Source: Octopus vulgaris
Lineage: Eukaryota
DNA length: 64,000 bases
Direction: 5' to 3'
Assembly: GCA_951406725.2 (NCBI GenBank)
Contig: OX597833.1
Span: 71,982,001 to 72,046,000, forward strand
Under the pieces are notes generated by a model, which did no database searches, was not told the origin of the DNA, and was given only the letters and a program-made list of their open reading frames with translations. A program made the position numbers and the translations under genes. Below, piece after piece: positions 37,391 to 50,899 of this stretch (positions are counted from its first letter, which is position 1; each line of letters starts with the position of its first letter).

Positions 37391-40300
37391 TTCTTCTAAC
37401 TTCGGCAATCAACGTTTATTATTTTCTATCAACTTTCTCCCCTTATTAACCATTGTATTCTTTGCTTTATTTTCTTTTTCCTAATCTTGTCTCTCTAATT
37501 AATTGCCGAAAATAATTCAATTTTTAATTAATCAGTTAAGTGCCTTCATGAAAAAATGGCGATATTAGTTGATGTTTGGACCCAGATCAGGTTTAGGATC
37601 GAGATGGAACCGTAGACCCATGTTCAAAGTTCTTTTAAAAGATTTCTGCTGTTTTATTTATGTTCATTCCAAAAGTATTTTGCACGAAAAACAAAAAAAA
37701 AAAAAAGATATTACAAACGTAAGAAACCCCGAAGTAAACATATTCACTCACACAAACACGCACCTTGTGTAATTATCACAAACAATAAATACTAGAAAAA
37801 CGAAATAATCCTGGACTTAAATTTACCGTCAATATTTCACTTTGCGATCGTTTAAACCCTTTAAGTATTTGTTATCAAAAGTTCTAATAGTTTATTTATT
37901 CCAATAAAAATGTGTTTTGGTTTGTCTTCATTTAATTTGAGGATTTCAGCAAAAATCCTGTGTTGGAATTTATAATTTTAAAAAATCGTTAACAAGAATA
38001 TGCAGTGAAACATTTAAAATGTTTTTTAAAAAACCTTCATTAGATCGTTTTTTATTCTTTTTTCTAAAACTCAAGTTTTATAATAATGTGGGCAAGGCTA
38101 AATAAATAGTATATTATACTAAAAGCACGTTGCATTCCACTCCACAAGGGTAAATATCTTTTTACAAAAATCGGGACTCCACATGTCTGTGACAAATTGA
38201 TGACAAGTTTCAAACATTTTATAGCAAAAAGTTTCTGTCTCGTCACCAAAAAGTTTCAGACATTAAAATATATTATTAGAAAAACCTTCAGAATCGACTG
38301 AAATACCATTTCAAATCATTAGTTATGTTCCCAGATGAGAGATATGAAAACTCTTGAACATTTCAGTATCATTTATGAAATATTTATTTGATTTATTTCG
38401 TGAATCAAAACCAAAGATGGAATAATTCTGAACAGCAAAGTTCTGTGACCGTCCAGTCTTCTTTCTTTTGTCATTGGAGCGGCTTTTCGGACTATATTAT
38501 AATTGTATTCACATCAAAAATGCATTAAATTTATCCTAGAAGTTGAATGTATGACCTTTTACAGGGAGATGTGGCTGCTATTTTAAACAGACCGAGCGAG
38601 CTTGGTTCCGAATAGTTGTGAATCAGATAATGTTTATATATTGTAAAATATCCTAGATACTACATCTCAACACCATTCCACTCTTGGAGGGAGATGAAAA
38701 TCAAACCAAACAGTTCTTGAGGAAATGCAGCCGTTAGACATTTACTTTTCGGCCTTTTGTATTGAAATCATTTTTACTTTTGTCACTTTTAGAATCGGAC
38801 CCAAACACACAACTGTTTTATTTTATCTATTTTAACTCTCGCATGGATTCGCTCCCATCTTCGTCTATTTGTTGTTGTTTAGTCCATAGGGCAAACCCTG
38901 ATTGTCCATATGTATATGATCAAAGCCTTTCCAGACATGGCCATCTGGTCTTTTTCTGAGATACTAAGACCACATAATTCACGTGTTCTTCCTTTCTTTG
39001 ACGATCGGCTCTGATTGCGGAGAGGTTTCCTAGTCTTCTATTCTATTCTAATTCCATTTACATCTTGGATATGTTGTTGAAATATTAAATCGACCCCGGA
39101 AGACTAAAAGACGAGGTGGACGACGATGAGATATGAACTCAGAATATAAAGACCCATTGAAAATACTGCAAACATTTTGTCCCAAAGTTTCTATTAAATT
39201 AATTGCCATTTGTTGGCTCGTGTTATTATTTTGTCTATCTAGGACTATATTGTACAGTGTGTCCTTCCTTTTCTTTAGGTGGATAGGATGTGATTTGAGG
39301 GAGATTTAGCTGCTATTTCTAGAAGATCTATTGACTCTAGAGCCCCTCTTCTCCTCGTGTTTCGTGTGTGTATGGGTATGTTTGTAGTTGTTGTAAAACT
39401 CTACTAATGAACCTTTCATTTGTATCTTTTTAGAAGCAGAAATTCATTATAAAAATCTTTAACATAAAATTTAATATCAATGGTTAGTGAAAAAAAAAAA
39501 AGCCTGAAATGAATTTATATTTGGGAGGAATTCTGATGGTTATTTCTTATTCCTTTGGCTCTGAAGGAATTTCACGCACCAAACTACACTTCTACCAATG
39601 TTTTGTAATTAAGAGAAACTAAATCTACGTCATGTGTGAACGTTGATTATAATTATTAATTACATATATTGTTGCAAATAATGTTTCTGCTCTGTTTATT
39701 TAATTACTAACTTAATTAAAGAAACCAATTAATTCTGCTTTTGTATAGATATATCCGTATTTTCGTATCTTGGTTTATTTAATTGTGTTGTTTAGCCCTA
39801 GGTCAACCTCATCAGGCTGACTTATGATTAAAGTTGTTCCTTTGCGTAAGTTTTTTTGTTTTTGCTGACATGGCTGGCTGTGACTGAAGAGGAAACTATT
39901 TAATTGTTGTATTTTCTCAGTTACACTCGTCTCGTGAGTCAGTATAATTGTAAAAATTTACCAGAAAAGGGAACGAAATTTGTGGTTAGACATAAACTGT
40001 AGAAAATCAAATTTTTTGGACAAAAAATTCTTTTAGAGAAAGAAATAATCACCCAATTTCTTTAACTTCTTCATAAGGTAGTGAAAACAATTCTGAAAGA
40101 CTGCTAATCAGAGTTTGGAGACGAGTGTAATAGTAAAAATTCACTGCTATTTCTAGCAGGTCGAATATAGATACTTGCGCGTTAGCTTGTAACCTATTTT
40201 ATATACCAACGAGGTCAACTCTACACGGTTGTTCGATAGGCTAGAAATAACTGCCAAATTCCCTCGAATCATGCTTTGGAACGGGTTCGATCGGGACTGA

Positions 40301-40459
40301 TTCTGGGCCAAACAACAACTCATTTCAACTCTGTTTCTTTCAAAAATAACCTAACATTTTTAATAATCAGAAAAAACTTCCTTTTTAAATTTCACACAAA
40401 ACTTAACCAGTCCAGGCATTTAATGGAAAGAGTTTTGTCAGGGCACGAGGAGATCTTGT

Positions 40460-40812
40460 CCTTGTTTCAGTCATTAGAGTGCGCCAATGCTGGAGCACTG
40501 CCTGGAGGGATTTTAGTCGCACAAATCGACCCTAGTTCTTATTTTTTAAGACTGGCACTTAACCTATCGGTTTCTTTTTGCCGAACCGCTAAGTTACAGG
40601 AACGTAAACACACCAACACCAGTTGTCAAGCAGTGGTAGAGGACAAACACAAACTCAAAGACACACACGATGGGCTTCGTTTAGTTTCCGTCTATCAAAT
40701 CCACTCACAAGGCTTTAGTAGAAGACACTTGCCCAAGGTGCCACACAGTGGGACTGAACCCAGGAACCCATGGTTAAGACTCAAACTTCTTACCACATAG
40801 TCACGCCTGCAC
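40460..40812 (-). mobile_element. CORE-like SINE (family B)
   Basis: Aligns with 20341-20731. Confidence 0.8.
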
Positions 40813-40929
40813 CTACACATTTGTATATTTGGGTTGCTATTCAACCCCAGGTCGGCCTCGGTTGAAGAGTTCTTTGGCATTCTAACAATGGCCTTGGCAA
40901 TCCTTTCCTGCCATACACACCACACTCAG

Positions 40930-42110
40930 GTCTAAGCTTTGCCAACTTAAAAGACTGACAGACAGATTGAATGTGATAGGTGCCCACCCAGCACTGTTGC
41001 TGTTAAGAAACTGCTTCACCATGCTGAGGCTATTGTATACCCTCTGCAGGGCCACCTGCTACAGCCACAGACCTCTCCTTATGGACCTTGATGCCTGTAT
41101 CCAGCAGACAGCTGAAGAGATTTATGCAACGTTCATTTCAATGACCCTTGACGGCAACTGGCCACCTTACCCATCAAATATGGGGGCTCAGCCTTCAATC
41201 TCTACAATCTCTAAACTCACTGCCTCTCTTGGTTTTTTTCTGGGTGACCTCTTGCCATTAACTTGGATCTCCACAACACATCTGGACCATCTGATTGGAG
41301 AACCTGAAGTGGCACACGTGAGATGGAACCAGCTCAGCCTGCACCCTTCTGACGTCCATCCTCTCTCTCCCCTCTGTGGACATTTGGTCCCCTCAAAAGA
41401 AATGGGATGCCATCCAATACAGCATGATCACGGATGAGTTAGTGTGCTGACTTGACCAGCACCGTCTGGTATGTTCCACTCTGCTTCTGAGCCTCACAGC
41501 AGAGCTTGGCTCAATGCGGTGTCATCACTCTCGACTGGCACTCAGCTTGATAGCCACTGTCTCTGTTTCCTTGAAGCTTGCTCTCTTGATCTGTGAACCT
41601 TATGAATGCGGATCCGTTGTGAATTCTTTCAGCCTCCACCCACTGTCCGGCCATCATAGTGCTGGCCGCCTTCCACACAATGTCACTCTTAATAAAATCA
41701 TAAAGCATGGCCTAGATGCCACAGGTTTCCCTTCCCAGCTTGAGCCAGCAGGTCTAGACCGAGGGGACAGTAAAAGGCCTGACAGTTTGACAATTTTTGT
41801 GTTCTGTGGTGGTAGGCCCCTCATCTGGGATGCCACGTGCTGTGGTACCTTCTCCAGCAGTAACTATCAGTCCAGGCTGAGAAAGCAAACTGTCAAGGTA
41901 TCGGTTGAGCGCCTGTTGCAGTGGAGATTTCTAGTGTTCTTAGCAGCCCCAGACCATATCCCTGCTCACCGCTATCGGGGCAAAGATGGCTGTCCACAAG
42001 TGCAAACCCTGTGAGCTGCCATGGCTGTTTCAGTGCATCTCCCTCACCATTCTCCAGGGCGACATCTTTTGCATTTGTCTGCTTGGATCCTGGGGCAATC
42101 TGATTTACAG
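40930..42110 (+). mobile_element. Degraded CRE-like RLE non-LTR retrotransposon fragment in PKNOX intron 1
   Basis: ORF 41514..42014: HNVTLNKIIKHGLDATGFPSQLEPAGLDRGDSKRPDSLT...PLIWDATCCGT, the RH..LN / EP.GL / KRPDG / WD.T pattern of CRE-clade endonucleases. Confidence 0.75.
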
Positions 42111-43809
42111 GAAATGCTATGTTCAACTCATTGATCTAAAGTTACTCCATCCAACTGTCTCTCATGATTTCGCATCTCTGACTGTATTATTTGATATGAT
42201 TTTCCTTAAAGAAAAAACAAAAAGCAGTAAAGAATGAATTGGGAAAGAGTCTGGCTGCTATTTCGAGCATGTTGGGCTGCCATGTAGGAGCTTCCAAATT
42301 GACTGAAGCATTTGATTGTTGTTTACATGTAGCTTGGCTCCAGTGAAGCAGACCAATGTTGAAAGGCATATCGAGGACAACATTGTCTAATTTGTCAATG
42401 TCTTAAGAAGGCAGGGTGTGTGGTTTGAAAAAGAATTGGCTGCTATTTCTTGTAGTCTGAGTGACCACATGACTTTTGACGAATCTGAAAAAGCAGAGTC
42501 GTTGGATCAGGTGTGGGAGCCATTCTTAGACGGGGATGTGTGACCTGGAACTGCAACAAACAAAGGCAAAAGCTTATCAATTGTGTAGAGACATGGTTCC
42601 TAAGACACACACTGAAGATATTCTGTATTGATGGTTACAAATGTTAAAGTCCATCAATGAACAGAAGAAATTAGCAGAAAACTTGTTAATAATATCAAAA
42701 GGTATCAAGCTAAATTCATTGGTCATCACATGAAAAAAACAAAAGCTATGAACATTTGGTGACATCTGAAAAAAGTGAAAGAAAGAGAGAACATGTTTAA
42801 TGGTTACAGAAAGTTGAGTGAGGGAGAGGAGGCTGTGGGGTCCATGATTGATGAAGCCTGCTGACAAAAAGCTGGGAAAGGCAATTGGCCAGCAACTGAC
42901 TTTTCTTTCATTCAAGAGATTTCTGTACAAGAACTAAAGTAATCGGCCACTGGAAAAAGTAGTTTGTCTTTGATCTGAAGGGAAACGAGTGATCATCCCT
43001 ATAAAATGAGGAAAGGAGAGGCATGGCATAAATTTAATGTGGCTGGGTATAAGACAAAGCCATCACCATTTTGGTGTAGGTGGAGGTGGGTGGCTACAGA
43101 TCCATGATGATGCCTGGCAATGAGGCACAACGTGGAGAGGCTAATGTTTAACTACAGGTTATAGTTGTTGATTGGCCTTGATTGGACAGATTTATGATCA
43201 AAGGTATTCCAGCCATGACAATCCATGTTTTCCTACATGCAAGGAACCCAGGATGTCCTTTTCTAAAACTGGAGTGTGGTCTGAGGGAGATTTGGCTGCT
43301 ATCTCTAGTATGTCAAATAACCGTGTAGAGGCTCTGCCAGGCTGTATACCATATTCTAACTGCACACTTAACCGTATAGAGAAACAGAATGCCTACCAAT
43401 GTCCTTTTCTGAGATACAACAATGAGTTGTGTCGTGCAGTGATACAATACACCCAGTTATCGTGATTTCTTATCAAGAAACACCCGAGAAAATGAAACAC
43501 TTCACCTGTCGTGAATGTTAATTCACTTGTCATAAATCTCAGGTACATTTTAGAAATGTCAAATGCTAATGACAGTAGGTTAACAAAAGAAGTAAAAAGA
43601 ATAAATTATAAATAAAAAAAAAATCACAATTTTTTTCATTGATAATTGTCATTTCATTCTTGTAAATATAATTTAATATCATAATTCACACAGAGGTAGC
43701 TTGAAGGTTATTTTTATTTGCTGTTGTTGTTGTTGTTGTGTAGGTGATGTTTTAGTCCAGATGGGTCATAGAAGTGGTGTTACCCACCACTTACCAAAAC
43801 ACTCCTCCA

Positions 43810-43871
43810 ATGTTGGCAACTACTCACATTGTGTCACCCACAGCGTCCCCTAATCTACCAGAATCGAAAAG
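43810..43871 (+). CDS. PKNOX: PKNOX/Prep putative first coding exon
   Basis: MLATTHIVSPTASPNLPESK + AG/GTAAAG; phase 2 matches the next exon; acceptors at 43743 or 43760. No homology support, start codon uncertain. Confidence 0.55.
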
Positions 43872-44855
43872 GTAAAGGTCTTCTTTTCTTTCTTATATTT
43901 AAATCAAATTTATATATTTTTTAAAGATATAAAAAATATTAAAGATATTAAAAATATTAAAAAGATATAAAAAATATTAAAAATATTAAAGATATTTAGC
44001 AAGAGCTGTATGTGTCTAATTATGGCATTAGGAAAGGCATGAAAGTTCCATCTTCTCTTTTCATTGTAATTCTATATGAAAACTCAGTCTAAGTAAGATG
44101 TAACTGGCCAAGGTTTTAAATTGATGCTATTTACAATCTAAAACATTCTACAGATTAAGACAACAAAATATAACCTTCTACTCTGAAATAGCAAGTTACT
44201 TACCACATTTACCTAAGTCCACCTTGGACACATCTGTCTCTCCTTCTCTTATCTCTCTTCCTTTCTACCTTTGCTCAAATAATTTTGTTCAGTCCTTCAT
44301 CTCCAGAACATCTATCCTCTGGACATTAAGCTTAAATTTTTTGTTTTCTTTCTCTGGGTAAGAGGCAAATTCTAATTCTTTGAAAGGCACCTCCTCTTCA
44401 TGGTACCTATTAACTGTTGAGTGTACAAAGATAAACAGTTGAGGAGACAAGAGCTGAACTGTTCACTTATTTGTCTTAATTATGCTGACGACAACCACTG
44501 TTCTTTGCGAGGATATAAAAGATATCGACCTGGTGAGTTTGATCATTGAATACACAGCAAAGTTTAAAGCTAGGTTGATGTTATGTAAATTAATGAAGAA
44601 AACCATTAAAGGCTGGCTGTGTAATGAGAACCCACAGCAAATATTAAAGGAAGGATGAGACATAGGGAAGAGGATTGAGGTAATGAAGCTGAAGAGGACA
44701 TTGTGAAATCAGAAATACATCTGTTTCATTTTATAATGAGTATTTTTTCCTAAAAACATGAGAATTTTAATTTTTCCTTCCTCTTCATATGTGTATCGCC
44801 TCATCCATACAAAATCATTTGATGTTTCTCATTGTTTTAATCGTGTGTTTTCCAG

Positions 44856-44975
44856 TAGCACTTCCAGCAGTGGTACAAGCACCACAACGTCTGTGATTAC
44901 TCAACAAACGACTAGCAGTGGACAACAGGGTTCTGAATCCCATAGTCTTGAACATGAGAAGAAAGCAATTTGTCG
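44856..44975 (+). CDS. PKNOX: PKNOX coding exon 2
   Basis: STSSSGTS...SLEHEKKAICR (cf. PKNOX1 DKQAIYR); phase 2/2. Confidence 0.85.
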
Positions 44976-45046
44976 GTATGCCAGCTTCTTTGATCTTCTT
45001 CTTTTTCAATATCTCATCTCAACAAACAAACCAGTATTTTCATATT

Positions 45047-45077
<31 letters not shown>

Positions 45078-45881
45078 CATCATCATTTAACACCTGTTCA
45101 AATGGGTTGGACAGTTTGGCACGAAGTAATGAGCTGAAGGGCTGCACCAAGTTCCAGTGTCTGCTTCAGCTTGATTTCTACATCTGGACACCTCTCCGAA
45201 GGCCAGCTGCTTCACAGAGTGTACTGGATGGTTTTTGTGGCAGCACTGGGGAGGTCACCCAGGTCTAAAAAGACAAGATTCCTCAACCGAGTGGAATATA
45301 GTAATGAGGGATACGAAAGTATGATGGGGAGGCAGGAGTGAGAGTGTTGCTGAAGAGGTGGATACATGGCTTCCTCATCTGGAAAGAAAGAGAGAGCGAG
45401 AGAGGGGCGGGATGTGAGGTTAAGGTACAAGGTGGATAGGAAAGGGAGAATAGGGTAAAGGAACAGAAACGTGTGGGTGGGTCAGTGCGTGCAGTAGGGT
45501 GTGAAAAGTGTGACAAATGATTAGAAATGGGGATAAAGTTGGGTGCAGTGAACGTCAATTTAGGGGAGGGAAAGAAAGGGAGGAGGAGGAGGTGACAAGG
45601 AACAGTAGTAGGGATACAATATGAAGTGTAAGGGGGCCACAAGTGGTGAGATACCATGGAAGCATGGAAAAAAAAAAACGAAACATAGTAATGATGATGG
45701 TTTTGTGATAAAGGTACAAGATATGTGGCCCCTAGGTCAAGAATCCATAGGGTACTAGAGGTATAGTGACATGTCCCGACATGCAGGGCTTTCAGAGAGA
45801 TGAGGGCTGTAAGTCTGTATTAAATATGTGATTAATTTTATATTAAATGTGAGATTGTTTATTTGCTTTGTATTGAACCAG

Positions 45882-46053
45882 GCACCCCCTCTTTCCTTTG
45901 ATGGCTCTGTTATTTGAGAAATGTGAACGTGCAACTCAAACCCCTGATTGTCCAGCAGGAGACAATTTCGATGTTGACATTCAGGCTTTTGTGCAACACC
46001 AGGAGAAGGACCGTAATCCTTTTTTCAGTGATGACACAGAATTGGATAGTTTG
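45882..46053 (+). CDS. PKNOX: PKNOX coding exon 3 (MEIS-A/HR1)
   Basis: HPLFPLMALLFEKCERATQ...FDVDIQAFVQHQEKDRNPFFSDDTELDSL; GTAAGT donor. Confidence 0.96.
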
Positions 46054-46264
46054 GTAAGTTCCAATCAACCTGTAAACTCCTCACCTGAACAGGTAACAAA
46101 AAAAATCATAAACCGTATCACTCAGTCTGCTTTAATGAATCCATAAACACATATAAAACATCCAAGGGTATATTTTTTTCCCCTCTGAAGATTTTATGCT
46201 CAGGTCATTTAAATATTTACTTAATATTCACTGAAACAACTGTAAGCACAGATGATTAATTTGC

Positions 46265-46640
46265 TCTCTTTACTTGTTTCAGTCATTTGACTGCGGCCAT
46301 GCTGGAGCACCGCCTTTAGTCGAGCAAATCGACCCCAGGACTTATTCTTTGTAAGCCCAGTACTTATTCTATCAGTCTCTTTTGCCGAACCGCTAAGTGA
46401 CAGGGACGTAAACACACCAGCATCGGTTGTCAAGCAATGCTAGGGAGACAAACACAGACACACAAACACATACATATATATATATATATACATATATACG
46501 ACAGGCTTCTTTCAGTTTCCGTCTACCAAATCCACTCACAAGGCATTGGTCGGCCCAGGGCTATAGCAGAAGATACTTGCTCAAGGTGTCACGCAGTGGG
46601 ACTGAACCCGGAACCATGTGGTTGTTTAGCAAGCTACTTA
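46265..46640 (-). mobile_element. CORE-like SINE (family B)
   Basis: Near-identical to 20341-20731. Confidence 0.85.
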
Positions 46641-46954
46641 ATAATGCTGTTAATAATAAACAATTATTAATTTCTCAATCTCCATTTTTTTTTCTTTTTC
46701 TTTTATATGAATATAAGCTATCTGTTTATATATATACACCTATTATTTTAAGGAAATTAGTTCCACAAAACACTTGGTATTGAACCAGTATTTTCTTGGA
46801 TGAAACCATCCCTTCATGAGCTTAACAAAACTTCTAATTAGATATATATATATATAAATTAACAATTGAGGATAAAATCTTTAAAAGAAATTATCAGTAG
46901 TCAGCGTGAAAAACCTCGTAAGAGAAAAATCCGTAAATTCTTCCTCTTTGAAAG

Positions 46955-46999
<45 letters not shown>

Positions 47000-47289
47000 C
47001 ACATACATACATACAAATATATATATATATATATATATATATGTGATGGAAGATGAAGATGTCCAAGATGTGCAATGGAATCAAATCTGGAATCTGATAG
47101 CTGCAAAGTGGTCTTCTTCTTCTTCTTAATGCTATGGCTCTCTGCGTGTCCTTTTGAATATGTTTTGAAAGTTCTTCAATTATTGGAGCAGAAACATGGG
47201 TTGTGAAGTGTTAGAAGCAAAGTCTCCCCCTGAACCCGCCGTGTGTCCCCTGCTGAACTAATGTTTCTCTTTTCCCTCTTCTTCTTCAG

Positions 47290-47958
47290 ATGGTGAAAGC
47301 TATTCAGGTGTTACGCATCCATCTGCTGGAGTTGGAGAAAGTGAATGAGTTGTGCAAGGATTTCTGCAACCGTTACATAACATGCCTGAAAAGCAAGATG
47401 CAGAGCGAGCACCTGCTGCGCACCGAGGTGCACTCGCCAACCCCCAATTTTGATGGTTCAATGAGCAGCAGTAGTGGCAGCAACTCTGGGAATGTCACTC
47501 CTTCTCTCAGCACCAGTTCCTCACAGCTAACTCCAACTACAACAGGGCCATCGTCGGCCCCTGGAACCACTGGCATCACCACCACCACAAGCAGCAGCAG
47601 CAGCGGCGGCGGTGGTGGTGGTGGTGGTGGTGGTGGTGGTAGCAGAAGTAGCACCAGCAACCACCACCATCATAGCACCAGCACCACCAGCACCACCACG
47701 ACCACCACCACCAACAATAATAGCCTAGCTGCAGCTGCTGCCGCTGCTGTTTCACTCCAGGGTCAGTTGCAGATGCAGCAGCAAGTGGTTGCCTCAATGG
47801 CAGCCAACAATGTCCTCATTCAGCAGGGTTTAGCCGCTGCTGCTGCACAACCAGCTGCCCTTTCAATGGGTTCCTTAGGACAGGGGCAGATTGTATCTGG
47901 CGGAACTGTGTATCAAATGGTGCAAACACCACAAGGTATTGTTGCACAGCCAATTCAG
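47290..47958 (+). CDS. PKNOX: PKNOX coding exon 4 (MEIS-B/HR2 plus low-complexity linker)
   Basis: [43 protein letters not shown] then S/G/T/H/A/Q tracts, [11 protein letters not shown]; CAG/GTTTGT. Confidence 0.96.
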
Positions 47959-48689
47959 GTTTGTACACTTTGCTTTATTGTTCACATTCTTTGATCTGTG
48001 TTCAAGTATAGTTTCTCTTACCCCAAAGATTGCATCTGCTTAGATCCTCATTCACTTGGGGCAAAGCATCACCCATGCACAAGCAGACACCAATTACTTA
48101 GTCTCTCAAACGACTCAAAACATTGAAGTTTCTCATAAATTTGGTTTTCTCGAAGCAGGGCCAATGAGAATGGTTTTGCACACAAATTGTTCTCAACTGG
48201 AAAAGCCTACTCTTTTTTTTTTTTAATCATAGCATAGTCTCACTTATTTAGTACAGTGAATTAAAAAAAAACTTTAATCATCTGAGATTATTCATGCGAT
48301 TAGTAAACAAAAACTTCCATCATGGGATGTTTAAAAGTCTGAAAATCATCCAACAAGGGAGATAACCACAATAACCAAAATTTTGGACAACTAACTTTGG
48401 TTAATAAGGGTGGATCTTGTCCCTTAAAGACAATTAGTGCAGCAGACATGATTAGTGATTTATTCTTTTGTGAAGATTCCTTGAACACCAGCATTCAGCG
48501 GTGATGGTCATTTTAATGGGGTATATTTAGGAGCAGTGTATTATAATTAAATACCACGTACAAGAGAGAGAAGAGGTGGGGTACTTTGTGAGGTTAATGT
48601 TCTTGTTACTCTTGTTAGTGGATAGAATCCTTGAAGAATCTTCCCCATTTTGTCTTTGAATGAACTCTCCCCGTCTGTTACTCTTTCAG

Positions 48690-48831
48690 ATTCGAACTGC
48701 TTCACTTCCTAACCAAGTGGCAAGTGGTTCACCTCTTATTCATGGTAGTACCCCCTTGTCACAGATTGGTGTTGTTGGAACTCCCAACATCATCGGACAA
48801 ATCCCTGTTACTTCTGCTCCACCGACTCCAG
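48690..48831 (+). CDS. PKNOX: PKNOX coding exon 5
   Basis: IRTASLPNQVASGSPLIHGSTPLSQIGVVG...PPTP; phase 0/1. Confidence 0.85.
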
Positions 48832-49006
48832 GTAAATGCAACAATATTCTTCAGTTTTCTTCTTCTTTGATCGTCTGTCTGTTTGACTGACTCTTTTCAT
48901 TACTATTACTTATCTATGTTAAAGGATTCACCTGTCTGTTTATTCATCTCCCTGTCTGTTTTGCTTTTCTATCTCTGTGCATTCTTCTTCTATTGTCTGT
49001 TGTCAG

Positions 49007-49152
49007 CATCAACCCAGATCACTCCCATGGGAAACCTTGCTCAACTTGGTTCAGATGATGAAGATATGATTTGTAAAAGAAAAACTAAAAGAGGAATCCT
49101 GCCCAAGACGGCAACTAAAATCATGAGATCCTGGCTCTTTCAGAATATTGTG
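49007..49152 (+). CDS. PKNOX: PKNOX coding exon 6 (homeodomain helix 1)
   Basis: STQITPMG...KRKTKRGILPKTATKIMRSWLFQNIV; phase 1/0. Confidence 0.93.
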
Positions 49153-49743
49153 GTTTGTATTTGGTTTAGTGTCCATTTTAAATTCCTTTCAATCCTTTAT
49201 TTACTTTTACTTTTAAAAGCCTTACATTGATAATTTCCCTTGTTGTCCTGTGTAGCTCCCTTCTGATCAACCCTGACACCCTCATAAGAAGGTGTGTGTT
49301 TGTTTCTCTTCGTATCTGGCCTTTGCAGGACACCAATGGCTGGTGTTAGTTTATGTCTTTGTAATTTAGCATTTCAACAAAAATGGACCAGAATTTTGTG
49401 GTCGATCATTTGATCAACTAAAACATTCAAGGCAGTGCTCCAGTGTGGTCAGTGCCTGAAACCAGTACATACATGTGTGTATGTTTACATTGTCCAGATT
49501 TCTGCGACACCTCAAGGAGGACCAAACCCACAAAAAAATGGTTGTGAAGCAAATGTTTTAACCACATAACCATTGGAAACGTGAGAGTTATTTTCAAAAT
49601 AACAAAAATACTACCAAAAGAACTGAAACAAAGAAATAGCAATTTGTAAATGAAATGCATTTTCAGTTGTGAAGTTGGTCACTTTTTTCACCTCTTACAA
49701 ATGTTTCAATTCCTGATGCGTCAAATTTGTTTCATTTCTCAAG

Positions 49744-49820
49744 CATCCATATCCTTCAGAAGACGAAAAAAGACAAATTGCAGCCCAGACAAACCTGACG
49801 TTACTTCAAGTCAACAACTG
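49744..49820 (+). CDS. PKNOX: PKNOX coding exon 7 (TALE loop, helices 2-3)
   Basis: [26 protein letters not shown]; GTAAG donor. Confidence 0.96.
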
Positions 49821-50899
49821 GTAAGCTCAATGATTAAAAAACTATTTTATTGTTATCCTAAATTAATCATCTCCTCTGCCTGCCTCTCATTGCATCTCCT
49901 GTGCCCCATGGTTTTATACTGGGTACTCTTACACCTTTTGTTTTTTCATATTGACAATGGCCCTTTCCCAGCTGGCTGCAGGGTCCTGTCTTTTTGGGTT
50001 TTTTTTCAACATATTAATAGATAAATCTTTGAGAACTAAATCATTAACATTCGGACGTCCCAATGATCAGCAGCATCTATCATGGCTCGGAGAACTTTCC
50101 TAGATTTTCTAGAATAACCTCCTTTTAAATGAAATTTATATTTGTTTCTCAATTTCATTACTATCAATATTGTGGCATTCACCTTTAGCACCTCTTTTAA
50201 CCATAACAACAGCTTCAGTCTCAAATCTCAGAATGCAAAAATTGTAATTTATGGAGTTCCATACTGAGGCTCCCTCTATGGGCGTCCACCGCTTCCTCCT
50301 TGTCACTAAAGTATCAACTTTAATTGAAAATATGATTTTGGTAATGAAAACTGTATCATAAAGTAATGAATGGTAAACACTTCCCCTGTTTCTTGTGCTG
50401 AGAAAAAGCAAAGAATTGAAGAAGGAAGCCATTTGGCTTTCATTGGTTGACTTCTGAATTTGAAAGAATTCTTTTTGTTCATGAAAAACAAGAGTCCAAG
50501 AGAATTGGTTCCTGTGAAAGTGTGACCTCAGTTTCTCAACATCTGTTGACAGGTTGCACTCTGTAGACAAAAGGATTGTTCATATGGTGTTGTTTGTAAA
50601 CATGTCTGGGTTGTTTGTTGTTTGATAAACTGGGAGATTCTTAGCCCCTTTGGAAACAGGGTGGGGTGGTGTCAGTGACAGGAAAGATATCTGACTGTGG
50701 GATACTCGGCCTCAGCATACTCCTGTGTGACCCAGACAAGTATGGAAAAGAAGATCTTAAAACGATCTTGGATGAGAATGTATGCCATGGTGGGCATGGA
50801 GACGGGGGAAGATGAATCTTGTGTTTCAAGACTGATTCTTTGAGAGAAAACAATTTTTGAACTCAGTTCTTTGTTTGCTTTCTCTCTGACTCTTTTCAG

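Noticed and set aside
47373-47797. Antisense Pro/Leu/Trp/Cys-rich ORFs
   Set aside because: Shadow frames of trinucleotide tracts in PKNOX exon 4.
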